Source: Paraspadella gotoi
Taxonomy: Eukaryota > Animalia > Chaetognatha
Direction of reading: 5' to 3'
DNA: 64,000 bases
Assembly: GCA_051294375.1 (NCBI GenBank)
Contig: JBJCIZ010000836.1
Location: forward strand, 21,669-85,668
The notes under the pieces were generated by a model. The model was not told the origin of the DNA. It saw nothing but the letters and a program-made list of their open reading frames with translations, and made no database searches. The translations under genes were made by a program, and so were the position numbers. Below, in pieces: positions 61,136-64,000 of this stretch (position 1 is the first letter of the stretch; each line of letters starts with the position of its first letter).

Positions 61136-62277
61136 GTCACGACTGAAGTTATCATGCTAATCTGAGGGGTGTACTTATGCAATGTCCGACTACAAATTAC
61201 TGAATAGAATTTTTTTTTTTCTGAAATAAAAGAGACAATTTGACCGTTAAACGATAAAAAGATAAAACGATTTGAAACAATATGACATTTAAACAATTAA
61301 TGAGTATTGAGCAAGACTAATGCACTGATGGCACTAAAAATAAAAAATAAAATTAAAATAATTAAGGATCATTGCGGACATTGCAAATTGGAGAAGTATT
61401 AAGTATACCAATGAAAATCATGAGTAATTATTATCATTATGGTTCCTAACATTTACACTAGGCCATTTGCAATTTTTTTTTTTAGACATAGACAGAAACT
61501 TGGCAAATGAAAAACACGAGTAAATACTGTCATTATGGTACCTAACATTTATACTAGGCCATTGCCTTTTTTTTTAAGTCATAGACAGAAACTTGTCATT
61601 TTTTTTTTAGACTGATCATAAACAGAAAGGCAGATTAAAATTCTTGGAATTACCCTCATTCCTAATTATTATTATTCTTATCATTAATGAAACTATTATT
61701 ATTTTTATCATTATTACTATTATTATTTTTACATTTTTATTATTATTATTATTATTACGATGATTGGAATTACTATTATTGTAATTACACTCATTCCTAA
61801 TAGAAACTAAATTAAAATTCCCGGCCGGCCATGCGTGTCCTCGATGAACACGCACGCAATTCGGTTTCCCTCCTTCTCTTCCACCCACTCACTCCGTCAC
61901 TTTTAGTCGAAGAAGCATCAATAAGCGATATTCTTGTTTATTATCGCTCGTAAACATTTGTGAACTTACGTACTACATAATTTAAAATCTCAGCAGGAAA
62001 CATTGAGTAACCTGTGTTGCCATGTTTGAGGTTTCAGCAAGCTGAAGCAAGGCGCTCGTCGGATCCACGCCGGGGGACAACACGAGATCAGGGGCGTTTT
62101 GGTGGAGGATCGTCAAGGACGGCCTAGATTGAGTTGGAACAAAAGTTTTATATATAAGTACATATGTTTACTTTTGTAAGCAGATTTAGGTTAAAACATT
62201 TTTTATTTGATAAAAGAGACTTAAAATAACGAACTATTGAAGATTTTCATTGCTTGTTTCTCATTCCTAGCCACTAG

Positions 62278-62331
<54 letters not shown>

Positions 62332-62394
62332 CGTCGGCGTTAAACTAGGGGGAGACTAACTCTGTAAGGTGGTTAAGAAATTGAATTAAGCACC

Positions 62395-62840
62395 TGCTCA
62401 AACGAAAATTTAGACATTTTTTAAAAAATCTGAATAGACAAATTTTTTTTATATTACTCCATACTCTATATATTATTTTTTTTAATATTTATTATAAATA
62501 GGAAAGGCAAAAATTTTTTTTGATTTTATGATTTAAGACCAGATTCAGATAGCTTGCAAAAGCTTGTCTACACAAAGTATAATTCTTTTTTACGATATTT
62601 TTGACGATAAGTGTGTCAAAAATATAGAAAAAACTGCATTAATAATCATCATCATCATCATTTTCGATAAATTATTCAGTAAGCTTTTTCTTATTTACCA
62701 AGATAAATATTTATTAGAAAGACGTATTTTTAAGCTTAATAATTTTTGTCTTTAACTTTTTATGCTCTATCATGAATCCATCAAAAAGAATGTTCAAGAT
62801 TAGATATAAAAAATTTTTGTCTTATATAGTAATATATAAT
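62395..62840 (+). mobile_element. Diverged fragment of the family seen at 22390-22740 and 24010-24100
   Basis: Shared gctcaaacgaa..ttagacattttt, taagaccagattcagatagct and ttaactttttatgctctatca blocks. Confidence 0.6.
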
Positions 62841-62985
62841 TTTAATAGCAACAATAAAATCATTAAAATCGAACTTTTTTAATAAATTCTTTTTTTACCT
62901 AAAAGTAGACTTCAAGACTAAAGTTTTGAACCCCGCCCCTATTGAAATTAATTTCATAGTGGATTTCTAGTTAAACGGCATTTTT

Positions 62986-63035
<50 letters not shown>

Positions 63036-63228
63036 CCTCTCTCTCACAAACAAAACTAGTGGCTCAGCGGGAAACAAGCTTTATCAAGATGTCGAGAATG
63101 ACTTCATCGTCGTTCGATTTTTCGATTACTTCGCTCGGCTCTTCTCTTCCTTCTCATAGGAGCTGACGTCGTTCTAAGAGATGTCTCAGAACTACTCAAG
63201 CAATTTCGTTGATCCCTAAATATCCCGG

Positions 63229-64000
63229 TGTGGACGAACATCAAGAACACCCAACCTCGGTCAAACCACATGACCTTACCAAACTTACCTCGCTCAATTC
63301 CCCCAACTTATTTATGGTCCAAACGTTGACCTTTATGGTCAAACGTTGACCTTTGTAAATACCATTGTAATAGACTTAGCATCTGAGCATTTTGACTGTT
63401 ATTGTTTATAACGTTGTTGAAGAATAAATTATTCTTACTTTTGAAACTTGTTGCGTCCACACGTGGTGAGCCCGATGTAAAAAAGAAACCAATGGCCATT
63501 TTTTTTTTTTCCAATTTCTCGATTCGAATCATTTTTTCAAACCAGTTTTCAACTCAAATCATTTTTTCAAACGAATATCTTTTTTTTCCTATTCAAAATC
63601 TATCATTTTTTAAAAATAAAATCCTTTTTTAACGCAAATAAATTTTTCAATTAAATCTTTTTTAAATGCCGCGTCCTCATCATCCAAGCGTCTCACGCCT
63701 GCAACGCCCGCCGACGAGAGGAAACCACGATGCGCGTAACAACGCGCAACGCCTCCCACTCCGACAGCGCCGGCGCGACGATGCTTTCCACGACGCCGCG
63801 CCTCGACATCCGCGACGTCTTCCGAGACACAATAGAAAAACTGTTCCAAATGATTTTTCGAAATAAAACGAAAAACTCGCCTCGGTCATCGAAAGACAAC
63901 TCCCTCTTCAGCGGATGCAAGCACCGCCTCAACGGAGTTGCCCCATCAGTGGAAGATGGTGTCAGCGACGCCGCCCCCGCGGGCAACCCAACCAATCCTC
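63229..64000 (+). mobile_element. Gypsy family B 5' end (LTR 63229-63461, PBS 63464-63478, gag start); runs off the window
   Basis: TGTGGACG...CGTCCACA, then TGGTGAGCCCGATGT. Reverse complement of ~31375-32262. Confidence 0.92.

Overview
AT-rich, repeat-dense eukaryotic DNA, probably from an invertebrate draft assembly, with three N gaps and signs of noisy long-read consensus. Transposable elements dominate. There is one near-intact CsRn1/Kabuki-type Ty3/Gypsy element (36609-41723), three copies of a sister family (26834-32262, ~56110-60149, 63229-end) and a third-family remnant. Also present are Helentron-type non-autonomous elements (HINE/DINE-1-like), nested hAT-like elements, tRNA-derived SINE-like repeats and Penelope remnants with minimal hammerhead-ribozyme motifs. 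Between the elements sit four orphan genes whose exon phases I could close by hand: 5061-7342, 17449-18382, 24414-26319 and ~33703-36222. The most unusual part is 16.9-36.2 kb. It holds a compact virus-like set: a shortened chuvirus/gB-like (class III) glycoprotein beside an LTR-like unit, two mucin-like surface or secreted proteins, a tiny RING protein, and an adintovirus/Polinton-like small ORF apparently joined to an integrase fragment. Family assignments rest on motif recognition from memory, not database searches.
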